64,000 nt of DNA from Stylophora pistillata (lineage: Eukaryota): positions 924,125 through 988,124 of the forward strand of contig NW_019217790.1 in NCBI RefSeq assembly GCF_002571385.2, in the 5' to 3' direction. Both the position numbers and the translations under genes were made by a program. Position 1 is the first letter of the stretch. Every line of letters begins with the position of its first letter. The notes under the pieces were generated by a model. The model saw nothing but the letters and a program-made list of their open reading frames with translations, had not been told where the DNA came from and did no database searches. Below are positions 37,701 to 64,000 of the stretch, piece by piece.

Positions 37701-40700
37701 TTTTTATCCATGTTCAGTGCCTTGCAATTTTTTTTCCTGTCAGTCAAATTTTAAAAATTTTCATTCTTGCAACCAGCAGCATGATTTTCTCTTTCATGAT
37801 TCGCTGTCAGCCTTTGATCATTTTGTGCAAAGTGCATTTTAGATTTCAGATCAGAGAGTTTATATATTAATTATGCTCACAAACCTGCAGGAAATGTGTT
37901 GTGAATAGCTTACCAGTAGCATATTTATGGAGCCTTGTTTCTCCCAGACAGACCCCCCATGCCAAACAATCATAAGGATGCTTTCTTATCTTTCTTTGGT
38001 GGAGGTGGGGACAGAGTGGGTAACTGTTTACAAAGACTGAAATAAGGTTGTACAATTTAATAAAAATAAACAGTGTAAAGAACTAATTGCCATGGAATGT
38101 TGCCTTTTTTTAGTTCAGAAAAACAGAGGAACTGCATGAATGTAAAGTTCTGGAAAACAATACTGCAGCTGAAATTCAGGTACATGTTATTGGCTGTTTA
38201 GAAAATCCCATCTCTTTTTAAGGATAACAAGTACATGACTTTATAAGTTGAAATCTGAAGTGGTGTACATTTAATGTTCTTCTTTTTTTTAGGGTGCACG
38301 AGCTGCTAGCAGGAACCTAAGCAGTAAACTACACAAACTTGATCAGGAATCACTCAAACAACAGGAAATCATTTATATGCAGGTTAGTTTTACAGTAGCT
38401 TTGAGAAGTGATTCTTGTCAATCTTTCAAGTATAAATGAAGGTGTCTTATTCTTAGAAAAAACATTCCAAGCATCTTTTATAGACTGAGAATTTCCTCTA
38501 AACATCAGTCATAAGGAGATGTTGACTTTAGCTTTCATAATCCACATTTGGGTGTTTGGGTCTTGGTTTAAGTTTAACTGTTTTAACTTGAGTATGAATA
38601 ATTGATTGTGGTTTCCTAGGATTTTCAACTGCAGCAGTTGGAGCGAAGAATAAGCCGCATGCAGGGAGAGCGAAGCAATGAAGAGAAACTGCAACTTGAG
38701 GCCAGAATTAAGGTATAAAATTAAATTTAATACAGGTTAAAAATACTTTTAATGACTGTACCTTCATGCGCATTATTTTCAGAAGGGAAACATGGCTAAT
38801 TTCATGTTTGGGCAGTTTGGCTTTGACACTTAACTAGTGGAGATGAAAACAGTTCTTATTGGTTCTCCTTATTTCTAAACTTTTTTCCAGGATCTAATGA
38901 CTCAGATGGAGGAACACAATTCGACTCACGCCCTTCTCAGTGCTCAAATGAAGAACTTGAACGTAAGTTTGATAAACGTTTCGACCTGCTGATTTAAAAA
39001 AAATGTGTAGAGATGTAAAAATATAACTTTGAAAAGCCATCGTTATGATTTTTGAATTTTTATTTCTTCATAGGATGATCTTAGACGTGCAAACCGAGAC
39101 TTAAATAAAGGAAAAGAAGAAATGAAAAACCTTACCAGCAAAATAGGTGAGTGATTTATCATCATTAGGATTCCTTAATGTGCTGACCACACACTTCAAA
39201 GTGAACGAGAAGTAAGAAATTTATCATTTTTAGTTTTTCTCGGACTCAGTTTTTAAAGATGTCTCAAACTCCTTTTACAGAGGAACTGAATCTACATAAT
39301 GACAGCTCAGAGAGAGAGAGGAAGAAAGTCGTTACATTAAAACAGGTTTGCAATTTCATCTTCGTTCCTTTTCTTTCTCTGTTATCCACACAAAGAAATG
39401 TTCCTTAATAATACACATCTGTAAAATTATACCACACAGATGTATGACACTATCCGCGCGCGCTGATCGGCTGGCCCAAAAGTGATGAAGCAAGCACTAT
39501 TCACCTCCTGGCAGCCAAAGAGACAAAACGGGCCTCAAGAGTTTAATCTCTGTCCATATGTTTTTTAATTGATGACATTTAATTTTTCCTCTTTTTTTGT
39601 AGGATCTTATGGTGGATGAAAATATTCTGAAGCTGGAAATCAAACGCCTCAGAGAAACGCTGAGCAACAAAGCAGACAATGTGCTTAACATAGAAAAGAG
39701 AAAACTCCAGTTGGAAACGGTTTGTGTTTATCTTCCACATTACGTTTTCCAGGATAAAAAGGGGCAAATCTTCCATAATGCTGTAGACATGCATTTCATA
39801 GGACGTAGTAAATCGTTTCTCTATCCTGTGCAATGTGTGTTGTAGGGCTACTAAGCTTAGTAGTACCTATGCTATCGGTGATTCTTTTCTTTCAAAATAA
39901 ACCACACTAAAGCTGCAATACTTAATCGCATTGATACTGCAGGCCATGAAACAGCGGCGCCATGAAATCGATATCCATAAAGACATGCTCCAAGCACAGA
40001 TCAAGTCTTCAGAGGAAGAGAGACAGACGGTCAGGTATTGAAGCATTTCAACTGAACCACGTAACAGATGTCGTTTCTTTGTTTGATAGATGAAATAGCT
40101 GATTCTTTTAACGTTTTCCTCGCAGCTCTGAGCTACATGAACGGATATCCAAGATTGACAAATTACGGAAAAGGTCGGTACAGAGTTATTTTGTGATTGA
40201 TTGATTGATTGATTGATTGACACAGAGAGAATGAGTGACTGAGAGACTGTAGGTTTGAATGACGAATACCCAAATGGACGAATGAGCAAATGAAAAAATG
40301 AACTGGTTTACAAAGGTAGCAAACATTTTTTGTGCGCATTACTTAATAGCATACTTCATGTTTGTTGGTACCAGGTATGAAATCCTGATGATCTCCATGG
40401 CGCCTCCCGAGGGGGAGGAGGAGAGGTCTCAAGCTTACTACGTTATCAAGGCGGCTCAGGAGAAGGAGGAACTCCAGCGAGAGGGAGATGAACTGGACGC
40501 GAAGATCAGAAAGGCTGAGAAAGAAATAAGGTAAGAGTTAAGCGTTAATGTAACTTTGTTTCAAGGTAACACCCTTCAAATGGAATAAGCAGGCAAAATA
40601 ATTAACAGTAATGATAACAAGGATATATTTTCCTTTATAAGAACAACGTTTAGCTAACGGCCCGGTAAGATTTGGTTCTCGGCAGACTAAAAATGGTGTA

Positions 40701-42617
40701 ATTTGTTTCTCTATTTAAAGAGCTTTGGAAAACACTTTGCGGCTGATGAACGGCCGAAATGAGACTTACCGGAAAAGTTTTAACAAAGTGGACGAGATGA
40801 GTGAAGAGTTTGACGAGAAACAGCGTTTGGAGGATCACATGCGAGCTGTGATGGATAAATACAAATACAAACGACGGCAAATCCGTGAGTTACAAGAGGA
40901 CCTGGGCTCTATGCAGGTAACGCTGGAAAACTTAACTGCGGACGAGCAGGGCTTGGTTGAAGTCATCGCTGAGAAGCAGGCCAAGGCGACAAATTTACAG
41001 AAAGAATTGGATGATCAGAAGACAAAGAAAGACCGAGCTGCCCGCGAGGCTAGCAAGATTGCGCGCTCTGTAAGGAGTGCCAAGAAAAGTTCAGGGGAAC
41101 TCCACGAGGAAAAGGACATGGATTTGAGAGAGTTGAGGGACTTTAACACACGCACCATGAAACAAATGGGCGAGGTGTTACACAGCCATCCGGATCTTGG
41201 ACCCAGTGTTCAGATCTATTTTAGCCAGGCAGGATTACCAATGCCTCCTTCCCCAGGCCCCGGTATGTCGCGGCCAACATCATCTCGTAGCTCGCGGAGT
41301 TCTGGGACGTTGTCCTCTGCTCGGTGAGTAAGGCAGTGTGTGTGTTTGTAAATGGGTCCTTCGATAGAAAATGGAGAATCGTACAGAGAAAAAAATGAGT
41401 AATTAATCACGCTGCGATTTCCAGAGCAGTTTTCAAATAAGTTTCTAAAGTAAATTTTGGATTGCAATGGCTTTCTTTCCTTTACATTGCTCTGTGAACT
41501 AATCGTGACTTAGTCACTTGCGTTTGTTTATGCTTCAAGCACTTTTCTAGCCTTCACTTTTTAGTCCTCTTGCGCTCCATGTGATATTTTCAACTTTTTA
41601 ATCGAAAAGCACTCTAAAATCCTATATCTCCTCCTCATACTCTGCCATGTCGGCTAACGCTCGAAACGTCAGCTTTTTAACTTTTTACGGTGGCCAATTT
41701 ACAATTTCAACTTATTTGATATTACCAAATTACAATATTCCTGCAAGAACCGAGGATCTTGTATTCGACTTCCACTTCTTATTTTCGATATTTTCAAACT
41801 GTCACTAATTTTGAATTGAATTTTATTTTCCATTGTACAGATCTGAGATCTCTACTGGTAGTCGCCGAGGTGTTGGTACTGTTGATGTCGGAGCTCTGGC
41901 TCTTGCGGGAGCCGCAAGCCCTACTGGTGTAGGAAGTCCAAAGCCAGGTAAGATCACGAGGCGTTCGACCAGTTGCTGAAGTACAGCTTACGCACAGATT
42001 AAAACTTTTAAGAATTAGTTGAGTTTCCACGCTCAACTTCTTTTCAATTTGCTACTTGGCGACCTCAAATCATAAAATGGTCACTAGATATACTGAAAAG
42101 ACTTCTTCGAATTTGCGACAATCGTTGCAAAATTAGTCGTCATACTTTTTCGTTACTCGCTATGTCACCGAAACAGTGGCAGCTACGAAACAAACTCTAA
42201 GATGGACAAACCTGTAACCTACCTTGTGTAAAAAACAAACAGATGATGAATTTTAATTTATTTCAATATTTATGGCTTTTTACTATTTAAAAAAATTCAA
42301 ACGAACGTTTTGTAACTTGCTATTTTATTGTGAAGAAACATAACAAAATGCGACTTACAGTAATCACCAGATTTATTTACGTTGTAGGAACTGTTCTGAA
42401 AACAAGATGAAAGGTTCATTTCTTCCACTCTCATTCTAACTCTAGTTATTCCATGACAATAACTGATCTACTGTTTCCTCGCTCGTCTCCAGGTGTCTCT
42501 CCTACAAGCAGTGCGCGAGGAAGGAAGACGAGCTCAAGGCCTGGCTCAGCAGCTGGTTCCAAGGCCTCCTCTCGAGCGAGCAGCGGGGCCAGTCGCCGCA
42601 GCACGGATCGCCGTTAG
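31773..42617 (+). CDS. CCDC39: Coiled-coil domain-containing protein 39 (axonemal 96-nm ruler), about 24 exons (first 31773-31859, last 42493-42617)
   Basis: N-terminus [27 protein letters not shown]; conserved blocks [68 protein letters not shown]; consistent GT-AG exons; AATAAA at 42750. Confidence 0.93.
33088..33475. mobile_element. Unclassified hairpin + inverted-repeat element in a CCDC39 intron
   Basis: About 180-bp imperfect hairpin (33285-33467) and short IR (33088-33101 / 33270-33283). Confidence 0.65.
35250..35600 (-). mobile_element. Non-LTR retrotransposon (CR1/L2-like) ORF2 C-terminal fragment
   Basis: LPSYF..F....IHNYNTR...Y.P.....[12 protein letters not shown] motif typical of the LINE RT C-terminus. 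Confidence 0.75.
35953..36173. mobile_element. piggyBac-like (TTAA) MITE; related copies at about 57441-57740 and 62545-62636
   Basis: ttaactcttt..aagagtgaccagcatctaatttctcc ... ggagaatatg..tactgatgtt.ggg..taaaagg.taa; the same motifs recur in RPB1 introns. Confidence 0.55.
41650..41735 (+). mobile_element. Penelope-like element terminal fragment
   Basis: ggctaacgctcgaaacgtcagc...tacggtggccaattt matches the 3' end of the element at 19.3 kb. Confidence 0.7.
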
Positions 42618-43180
42618 ATTACTTATTTATTTTACGGGCAAAGTTTGTTCTTCATTCTTTTCATCATCATGATTGAGGTCACTTTTAAGATCCCTTGTAA
42701 ATATACATCTGTAAATAGTGAGCAATTCTAAAGAGAAAAGACAGTTTGTAATAAAGAGTGAATATCTCTGGCTCTATAGATTTCCTCCGTCAATTTAATG
42801 TTCGAAGGTCATCTGTCACATTCGTGTGATTCCACGGTTTATGTCCCCTCTTTTTCCGTCCAGGCTGTTTCTGTCATTAAATATTGCACCCTTCTTGATA
42901 CATTCTCTATTATTTCTTTGACTTTGGATTTGCATTTTAACTAGTTGAGAATGAGATAGAGTTTCAGGCCCGCTATCCCCCAATTCCCAACCATTCATTA
43001 AAAGGAACTCGGTGGGTCATGGTAACAAGATTGGCCACAACCTAGACTATTTGTGAACTCATTACGATACTAAAATCAGACAAGTTTGTTTTCGTCGATG
43101 AACAAACGCTCCACCCGGCGTAAGACCAGGAAACAGTTGTCGATGAGTTGTGATAACTTGTGGATTGTCTTGCGGAGCAT

Positions 43181-44256
43181 TTACAGGCTTCCAAGTAATG
43201 AGCCTTGGGTGTTACAGACGTATACCCCTAGTCTTATAGCGATCTTACCAGTCCAAAACAATGGTGAGATACGAAGGTACAATTCTCTTATGGGAGAGTC
43301 ACGCTGGTTGGTCACGACTGTATTTCTATCGCGGTTACCATTAAAGACCTTAGAAAGACTGAAATTAGAGTTTTGTTAAACTTACAAGTTCTGACCCATC
43401 TTTAACATTACCACTTAAATATTTCACCTTGAGTAATAACTTTTTTAGAAGTGAACTAGTTTATTCTATCCAGGGTAGACTTGCATTACTCTTCGTTACT
43501 TCAAGCATCAGAAATTGGATTAAGCTCTGGATGCCGCGCATCAGGTAAGTCTTCTATTTAATTATAGAAAAATCCGAGCCCCAGATGGGACTTGAACCCA
43601 CGACCCTCCTTGATCTAGTCGGATGCTCTAACCACTGAGCTACTGGAGACTCTTATGGTGAGCAAGGGTCAATTTGTGGCCCTCGACTGGAACCGCATCG
43701 CTTTAATGTGACAGCGTGATGCTGTTAGTGAGTTTCACAGGCGCTTACCAATACTTGGCTGTGTAGCCGCGCGATGCGGTTCCAGTCTAGGCCCACAAAT
43801 TGACCCTTGCTCACCATGGAGTCTCCAGTAGCTCAGTGGTTAGAGCATCCGACTTGATCACGGAGGGTCGTGGGTTCAAGTTCCATCTGGGGCTCGGATT
43901 TTTCTATTACACTAAAAATTGTTTCATATTTAATTATAAGGAACGGAATTTTTGCATCACTTTTCGTGATCCAGGCGAGTTCTTATTCTCGTAGTAAAAC
44001 CACGTGACATCGTCCAGGCTGTACTGAAGATTATAACGCTCAACCCACCAATCATGGCCAGGGCTACCCTCGGTGGCCACGCCTGTGATGAGTCTGGGGC
44101 GAGGGTTGAAACTAATTTGCAGAAATCTGTCGTTTTCGACGCCATCGTTGACCGAAGAAGGCGAGCGTCACTGGGTCTGAATCAGATATGAGCTTGAGGA
44201 GGCGTTGAAATTCTGATCAGGCAGCTTATGATCACTGAGACCCAATGGGGAAAGGA
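43181..44256 (-). pseudogene. Fifth F5/8 type C (discoidin) gene, decayed; exons 44256-43961 and 43348-43181
   Basis: Hand translation: PLGLSDHKLPDQNFNASSS...*...RFLQISFNPRPRLITGVATEGSPGHDWWVERYNLQYSLDDVTWFYYE | VFNGNRDRNTVVTN..PI..LYLRISPLFWTGKIAIRLGVYVC. In-frame TGA at 44168-44170; same intron position as the cluster genes. Confidence 0.8.
43565..43906. mobile_element. Palindromic element with two outward-facing tRNA-derived heads
   Basis: About 135-bp inverted arms, each with an A box (tagctcagtggttagagc), a B box (ggttcaagtt/cc) and a T5 run. Confidence 0.8.
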
Positions 44257-44564
44257 CTGCAAACTAGCAGTGAGGATACCGATTATTATTATTTTTTTTA
44301 AGTCTAATATATGCACGATATTTCACAGCAATCCTGGACCTTTCGGAAAACATTTTTGAAGAGAGCAGCTTATTGACGTAACGAGCTGTTTTCAATGCTG
44401 CAAAACAGTATTCGAATGGCAAAGATTAAACAAAAGTACCATAACATAGTAAGGAATTTCTTCTGATTGAGGGAAGAGCGAGAACCTAGCTTTGATTAAT
44501 CTATAATGGTAAATTAGCGTTAGCGACGTATCCTTCACAGTAGTATGTAGATGAAGAAGTAATA

Positions 44565-44910
44565 CGTACATTGTGGTTTTGGAAAATTAAATCGATTGAT
44601 CTCCCCCCACCCAAGTTTAAGAATGATCTTCGTAATTCACAATTGTTACTGAACACCCCCCAGGGACCTTGCTGGTCTTGTTGATTGTTTTAATACTACT
44701 TTGAAGTACATCATTAACAATCACGCACCTTGGTGGAGGAGAAAGATGATTCAAAGAGCTCAAGCCCCATGGTTATCTGATGAGATCAGATCTGCGAAGC
44801 TTGACCGGAGAAGAGCCGAGCGTAATTGGAGGGCTACAAAGTCTGCATCTGACCGTAGATCATTTAAATTTCTTGGGAATAAAGCTGTCTTTCTCATGAA
44901 TAAGTCTCGT
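44565..44910 (+). mobile_element. Non-LTR retrotransposon (L2/CR1-like) ORF2 fragment
   Basis: HAP...K......PWLSDEIR.AK..RRRAERNWR.TK linker motif between the endonuclease and RT. Confidence 0.7.
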
Positions 44911-45037
44911 TCCTTCTCCCACCCAACCTCCTCTCCGTTGAGCCTAACCCAGGGTAATAAACATGCATATCAGTCACTTTCTTAAGGGGGTAAATTTCTG
45001 AAGAAACTAGCTGCTACGTCGGCCTGGGGTATTACAA

Positions 45038-45160
45038 GATAATTTGGTTTTATCGACTTGATTGATAATGTAAAGTGGCCACCGTAAATAGTTTCTTGAG
45101 CTGACATTTCAGGAGCCGTACCAACCCTTCCTCATTCGCACATACGAAGGGCTAACGCTC
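45038..45160. mobile_element. Penelope-like terminal fragments in inverted arrangement
   Basis: gtggccaccgta..agctgacatttc (minus-sense copy) abuts attcgc..acgaagggctaacgctc (plus-sense copy). Confidence 0.55.
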
Positions 45161-45602
45161 TGGCTCCGGTTATTCGAAGGTCGGTTAACGCTATCTACTG
45201 GATAAATCTCTATCCGTTGGATAACTCTATACGGTTTGCTATCGCGTCACTTCTCCACAGCGATTTATGCGTTAGACATGGATAGCGTTACCCGTCCTAT
45301 ATACAGTTGGGCCCCGGTTGTCAGCTTTACAAACTCTCTTAACAGTGGCCAGTTTAGTTTTTTGCCTGCTTGGTTTACCCTTTGCGTCTGTCCTGCTGAT
45401 AGCATTAAAATTTTGTTTGTGTTTCTGATTTTGGTTTTGTTCTTTGAACTCTCCCTTCTCGGTGGCAAGCTACGTGGATGATTGTTCCCAGGATTCTTTT
45501 CAGGCATAGCGTGGCTACAAAGCAACGAGGCTTGACTGCTAAGCTTGCGAGTTACACGACTGTAGTTACCGGCAGACCGGTGTAGTAATATTGCGTGAGA
45601 TT

Positions 45603-48310
45603 ATGGGTCTAGACGAAGAAAAAGCGCTTCTTGGAAGCACAATCGTCTCAGAAAAGGTAAGAAAAGCTGCCAAATATTCAAATTTTTATAAATATTTCAT
45701 AAAACATGGTATAGAGCGCATGTTTAAACGCGTTACCCGACTACGACAACCGCTTGAAGAGGGGTGACAATGATAGATTGGTCATGGACAGATAGCTACA
45801 ACCTGCTTTACCTACCTCTTGTTGTTAGAAAATAATTTAAGACACTGGGGAAAATTCATGATGTACTTATGTTCTTAATTAGTAGAACAGAGATACATTT
45901 TTCGGGAAATTGTGAATTCGTGGTCATCTCGCCTTGAAAATGAATCTTTTGAGAACAATATTTTCCCACAATCATATGTTGCAAGTAGGAATGTTGCAAG
46001 TATCGATGATCTTTACTAAAATCTTTTATTATTATACAGAAACAGAGACCTAATTTAAGATATATCATACCACAATTATTTCATGGTTGAATGTAATTTA
46101 CCGTCAGAGTGGGAGTATGTTCAGATTGTTACAACACAACTAGGATACGGTGCAGAAGGTGATGATATTTTGTCGTATCTGATGTATATAACATCATTGA
46201 AGATATTTTTTGCTCAAACATGATTTTAATAAGTATTCCATTCCACTGAAATATGACTTAGGACACTTTGTGAAGTTTTTCATATCAAGCCCTTAGTTTA
46301 AACAGTGTGATGGAAAATCACATACAACAGCTGTAGATCATTACATGGCTAGCTGTTTAGTAGGCCTTTTGGATGAAACCAATGAAAGTAAAAGTTCTCC
46401 ATGATAAGCCTCTGCTAGAGGAGTCACAGACATTTGTTGGTACATTTAATTACTGTAGTTGTCAAACTTGATCACCGTTGAATGATAATGAGAAATATAC
46501 CGACTTTAATGGAAAATTTTTTGGAATAAAAATTTACATTATCTTTTACCAATTAAAACTAACAAATGTTGCTTGGGTCTTCAGCCAAAAGTTAACACTA
46601 AAAGAGATCAATTGCAATCACTTTTTATAAACCAGAGCTTTAAGATTTGATTGACAAACATTTCTACATTTGACCCTGACACTGGCATTTGAATCAGGTT
46701 GTTGAAACATCAGTCACTGGCACTTGCTACAGTCCTTTTCAGGACTGCTCTTGTCCGTGCAATCATGCGATAATAAGTTATTTTTGTATCAGGGCTCGAC
46801 ACTAACTTTTCAACTTACTAGCCAAGTGGCCAGTGACATCTTAGATGTTTTTAGATGTTACAACAATTTCAGTTTGTTTACTTGCCAAACTGGCCTGTGG
46901 AAATTGAAAACCACTAGCCAAAACTGAATTTCTACTAGTCTGTGGCTAGAGGGCTACCGCTAGTGTAGAGCCCTGTTGTAAGATTTTTTTTTTGTATGAA
47001 GGTTGAGGATTCTGACCCAGAAGATGAAGGTGAAGAGGTTGAAGAGCCTGCTGGTGACGCAGGAGGTGATGATGATGATGATGAAGATGAGGAGGAGTTA
47101 GAGGATCCAAGGGACAAAATTCTTGAGAGGTGCACTGAGAGTCCAACATGTTCCAAAGTTAAACTAGAGCTGGACACCTGTAATCAGCGTGTTAGCAGCA
47201 AATCAAGCACGGAAGAGACCTGTGTACAAGAATTGTTTGATTTTATGGAGTGCGCAGATCACTGTGTAAGTAGGGTGTGGAAAGTTAGATACTTGTGGAA
47301 ATCTCTTTGAAGCTGCTTTCGAGTCCAGTGGCTCATCTGGTATAATTTTATTGTCCCACTAACAGATTGCAAGCTCTTATTTAAAATGAACTTTGTATCT
47401 GTTCTGGTTCAAATTTTTGCCATTTAAAGATTTTAAAAGCCCTTTAGTTAATTTTTATTGTCCCAGATTTATTACCTTGATCTGAGAAAAATATAAAAAA
47501 AAAGTCAACTAGTAAAATTTCAAAGGAAGAGAATTGTTTTTAAAAAAATTAATGCTTTTTTTGGTAAGATCTCTATTGAAATGAAACAGGGACTTAACTG
47601 AGAACAAAAAAAAAAAAAACAGGTTTTAATGTCAGAAGCAATTTAATCTGTTTTTTAAAAGCAGAAGCTTGAAGTGAGGTGAAATGCACATCTCCCTTTC
47701 CTTCACCTCTCCCCCCACAGTCTTTGTGCAATGCTCCCAGGTATTTGACAGTTCTCATATTTCATTTGAAAGGTGGCAGTAAATCTTTTTAGATATTGGT
47801 AGATTGTCAACTTGCATATGTTGATAAGATCTTTTACCAGTGAAGTTCAAGCGAATAAGTTGTTGTTATCAACTAGATCAACAGGGCTGTGCTCTAGCAG
47901 TGCCCAGTGACCCCTGGTGCCTTACTTTTGTTCTTGGGTGACCCAGGAATCTTAGTTTTTTCTTAAAAAACATATGCTAGGCAGCCTGGATTTCACAGTT
48001 TCTGAGCACTGGTCTCCCTTCAATTTTTCTTAGAGCACAGCCTTGATCAAGCTCAGGCTTAAATCTTTGATCGTTAGATGTAGTAACCAGCCAATTAACG
48101 CTCAACCCGTTGGCTCTATTGTTCTACTACATTTGCATTTTCTACTTTCTCACAAGGTTTCAAGACAAATGCATAACTGTTAGAAATACTCTTAGCTTCA
48201 TTGTTGTATCTACTAGATACTCCATTGGATGTGTATTTACATGTAATTTCTAATGATTTTGATATTCTTTTTCACAGGTTGCACATCATTTGTTCCATAA
48301 ACTGAAGTGA
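45603..48310 (+). CDS. UQCRH: Cytochrome b-c1 complex subunit 6 (hinge protein); exons 45603-45656, 47002-47265, 48278-48310
   Basis: Acidic N-terminus, then EELEDPRDKILERC...C....[43 protein letters not shown]. Confidence 0.93.
46790..46975. mobile_element. hAT-like MITE (CAGGG ends); similar elements at 47882-48044 and 51046-51725
   Basis: TIRs cagggctcgacacta / tagtgtagagccctg; cagggctgtgctcta / tagagcacagccttg; cagggatc..tattc / gaata..gatccctg. Confidence 0.6.
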
Positions 48311-48593
48311 CAGCAATATTTTTCAAAGTATTCAGAATTTTGGTGGATGTACTGACATATTTAGGACTTGATTTTAAATGTCCTCAATTCTTCTGTTTTG
48401 CTTTTGTCTCTTGTTGATACATAAGTAATTTTTGGCCAAGGACCAATCACTGCTGTATTAACAGTTGTGCACGAGGAAAATGTTAATAAAGCACTTTTAT
48501 TTTAAACTTGTTCATAAGTTTCTGATTCTTTTCATCTGTCTTGAAATCCAGCCAACTCTTTCCAAACCTAGGTAGAAATTTTCAACTTGTAAC

Positions 48594-48962
48594 TAGGGAC
48601 CTTAAGAAACCATGACGGCGACGCCAAGGAAGACTTCGATTAAAAAATGAATTTCTACTCTTAGTTAGAAGTTCAAAAATGGCTGCAGGAGCTTACTGTC
48701 TCGTAGAGCTCCACATCTCAACTTCAGCATGACGTATAAAGTAGCCGTTGAGTTCTAAATGGAAATTAAAATAATTTGCCGTCGCGGTTTCGGTTCGCAG
48801 ATGACGCAAATTTTGGCGATTTCACGTTGTTGTTTTGCATAGGACGGCTAAGAAATGTACAAAGTTTCAAAAGGCACGTGCTGAGCTATTGGTCTGCCAA
48901 TTAGATCTCTTGTTTTTCCACGTCCTCGTTGCCGTTGCCGTCGTGGTTTCTTGAGGTCCCTA
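48594..48962. mobile_element. MITE with AGGGACCTTAAG TIRs; second family member in opposite orientation at 60800-61160
   Basis: tagggaccttaagaaaccatgacggcgacg / cgttgccgtcgtggtttcttgaggtcccta; internal similarity to the RPB1 intron copy. Confidence 0.8.
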
Positions 48963-49354
48963 TTGAGTTGGGTAGTGAATCTAAATACTTATTAGCAGCA
49001 AGTGTGAATATTTTTTGTCTGTAAAAAATGTGAACTTGCAAATTAAAGGAGAATTTAGTTAATCTCAAGAAAAAGAAACATACTCATCTACAAACAAAAA
49101 CTTTGTAATTATCTGACTTATCCATCCTATGATTCATCAAAAACCAGAAAAATTATGAAAAATAAATGTTTTCCACAACTGTAATAAAAAATAAATACAA
49201 TCAAAATAGCAACATTCAGCTCAAAAATTTGATGGTTGTTATATCAATTAATATTCTCATAAATTAAAAGCAAAACGACTAAATAGTAAAATACGAGGAA
49301 ATAAACCAACAATATTGCTGTCCCCTACCCCCAGCGCAAGGTTGTAATGGGTAC

Positions 49355-49701
49355 ACACTCCCACAATGCAACAGTCAGCCCTGAAGAATCTGAGTACACC
49401 CCGTATCTCTCGGTCGGACTATAAATACAAGGCGAGATCCTGCGTGCGTTAGAAGAAGCGCTTCTGGGGCGCTTCGTTCGGTGAGACAAGGGAATATCAA
49501 CCTTCTCGCCGTCCTTCGGGGTAGAAAACGTGGGTAAACTTACCCATTGTCGAACGAAAACAAGCGGAGTTAGCGAGTGAACGCATCCGACATTCACTCT
49601 AGGGAACCGAGGTCGTGCCAAGAGAGAGAGTCTTTGGCAAGAAAGTGAAAACGTTTCCGCAATTACCTCATCCTTTCGGCCATCTTTGTTGAAGCAAAGT
49701 T
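49355..49701 (+). promoter_or_regulatory. RPB1 promoter/5' UTR: ZNF143/Staf-like site (49359-49370), TATA box (49420-49427), YY1-like GCCATCTT near 49679
   Basis: TCCCACAATGCA, TATAAATA and a CpG-richer segment immediately upstream of the ATG. Confidence 0.55.

Positions 49702-64000
<14,299 letters not shown>

Noticed and set aside
43822-43895. Functional tRNA gene
   Set aside because: Irregular anticodon arm and imperfect acceptor stem; it is one arm of an inverted-repeat element.
44168-44170. Selenocysteine TGA in the fifth discoidin gene
   Set aside because: It lies in a locally frameshifted or deleted stretch, not at a conserved Cys position; no SECIS recognised.
43935-44260. GC-richer island first suspected to be a structured ncRNA
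   Set aside because: Explained as a minus-strand F5/8C exon.

Overview
Intron-rich, AT-rich animal DNA with several N gaps. The gene content and repeats point to a cnidarian, probably a stony coral (inference). The left half (5-28 kb) holds a cluster of four secreted PAN/Apple-EGF-F5/8 type C (discoidin) genes. Two of them form a recent tandem segmental duplication, separated by a Penelope-like retroelement and a decayed transposon-like segment carrying a zinc-finger/UBZ/HECT ubiquitin-ligase pseudogene. The right half holds housekeeping and ciliary genes: intronless NOL7-like (-) head-to-head with CCDC39 (+, about 24 exons), a fifth decayed F5/8C gene not visible in the ORF track (-, 43.2-44.3 kb), UQCRH (+) and RPB1/POLR2A (+), which runs off the window inside the CTD heptads. 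Non-coding DNA is full of MITEs, SINE/LINE fragments, degenerate minimal hammerhead-ribozyme motifs, a palindromic double-tRNA-headed element and several elements that share a long hairpin plus inverted-repeat architecture. There is no CRISPR array and no prokaryotic system. Exon boundaries were read by eye from GT-AG sites and reading-frame continuity.
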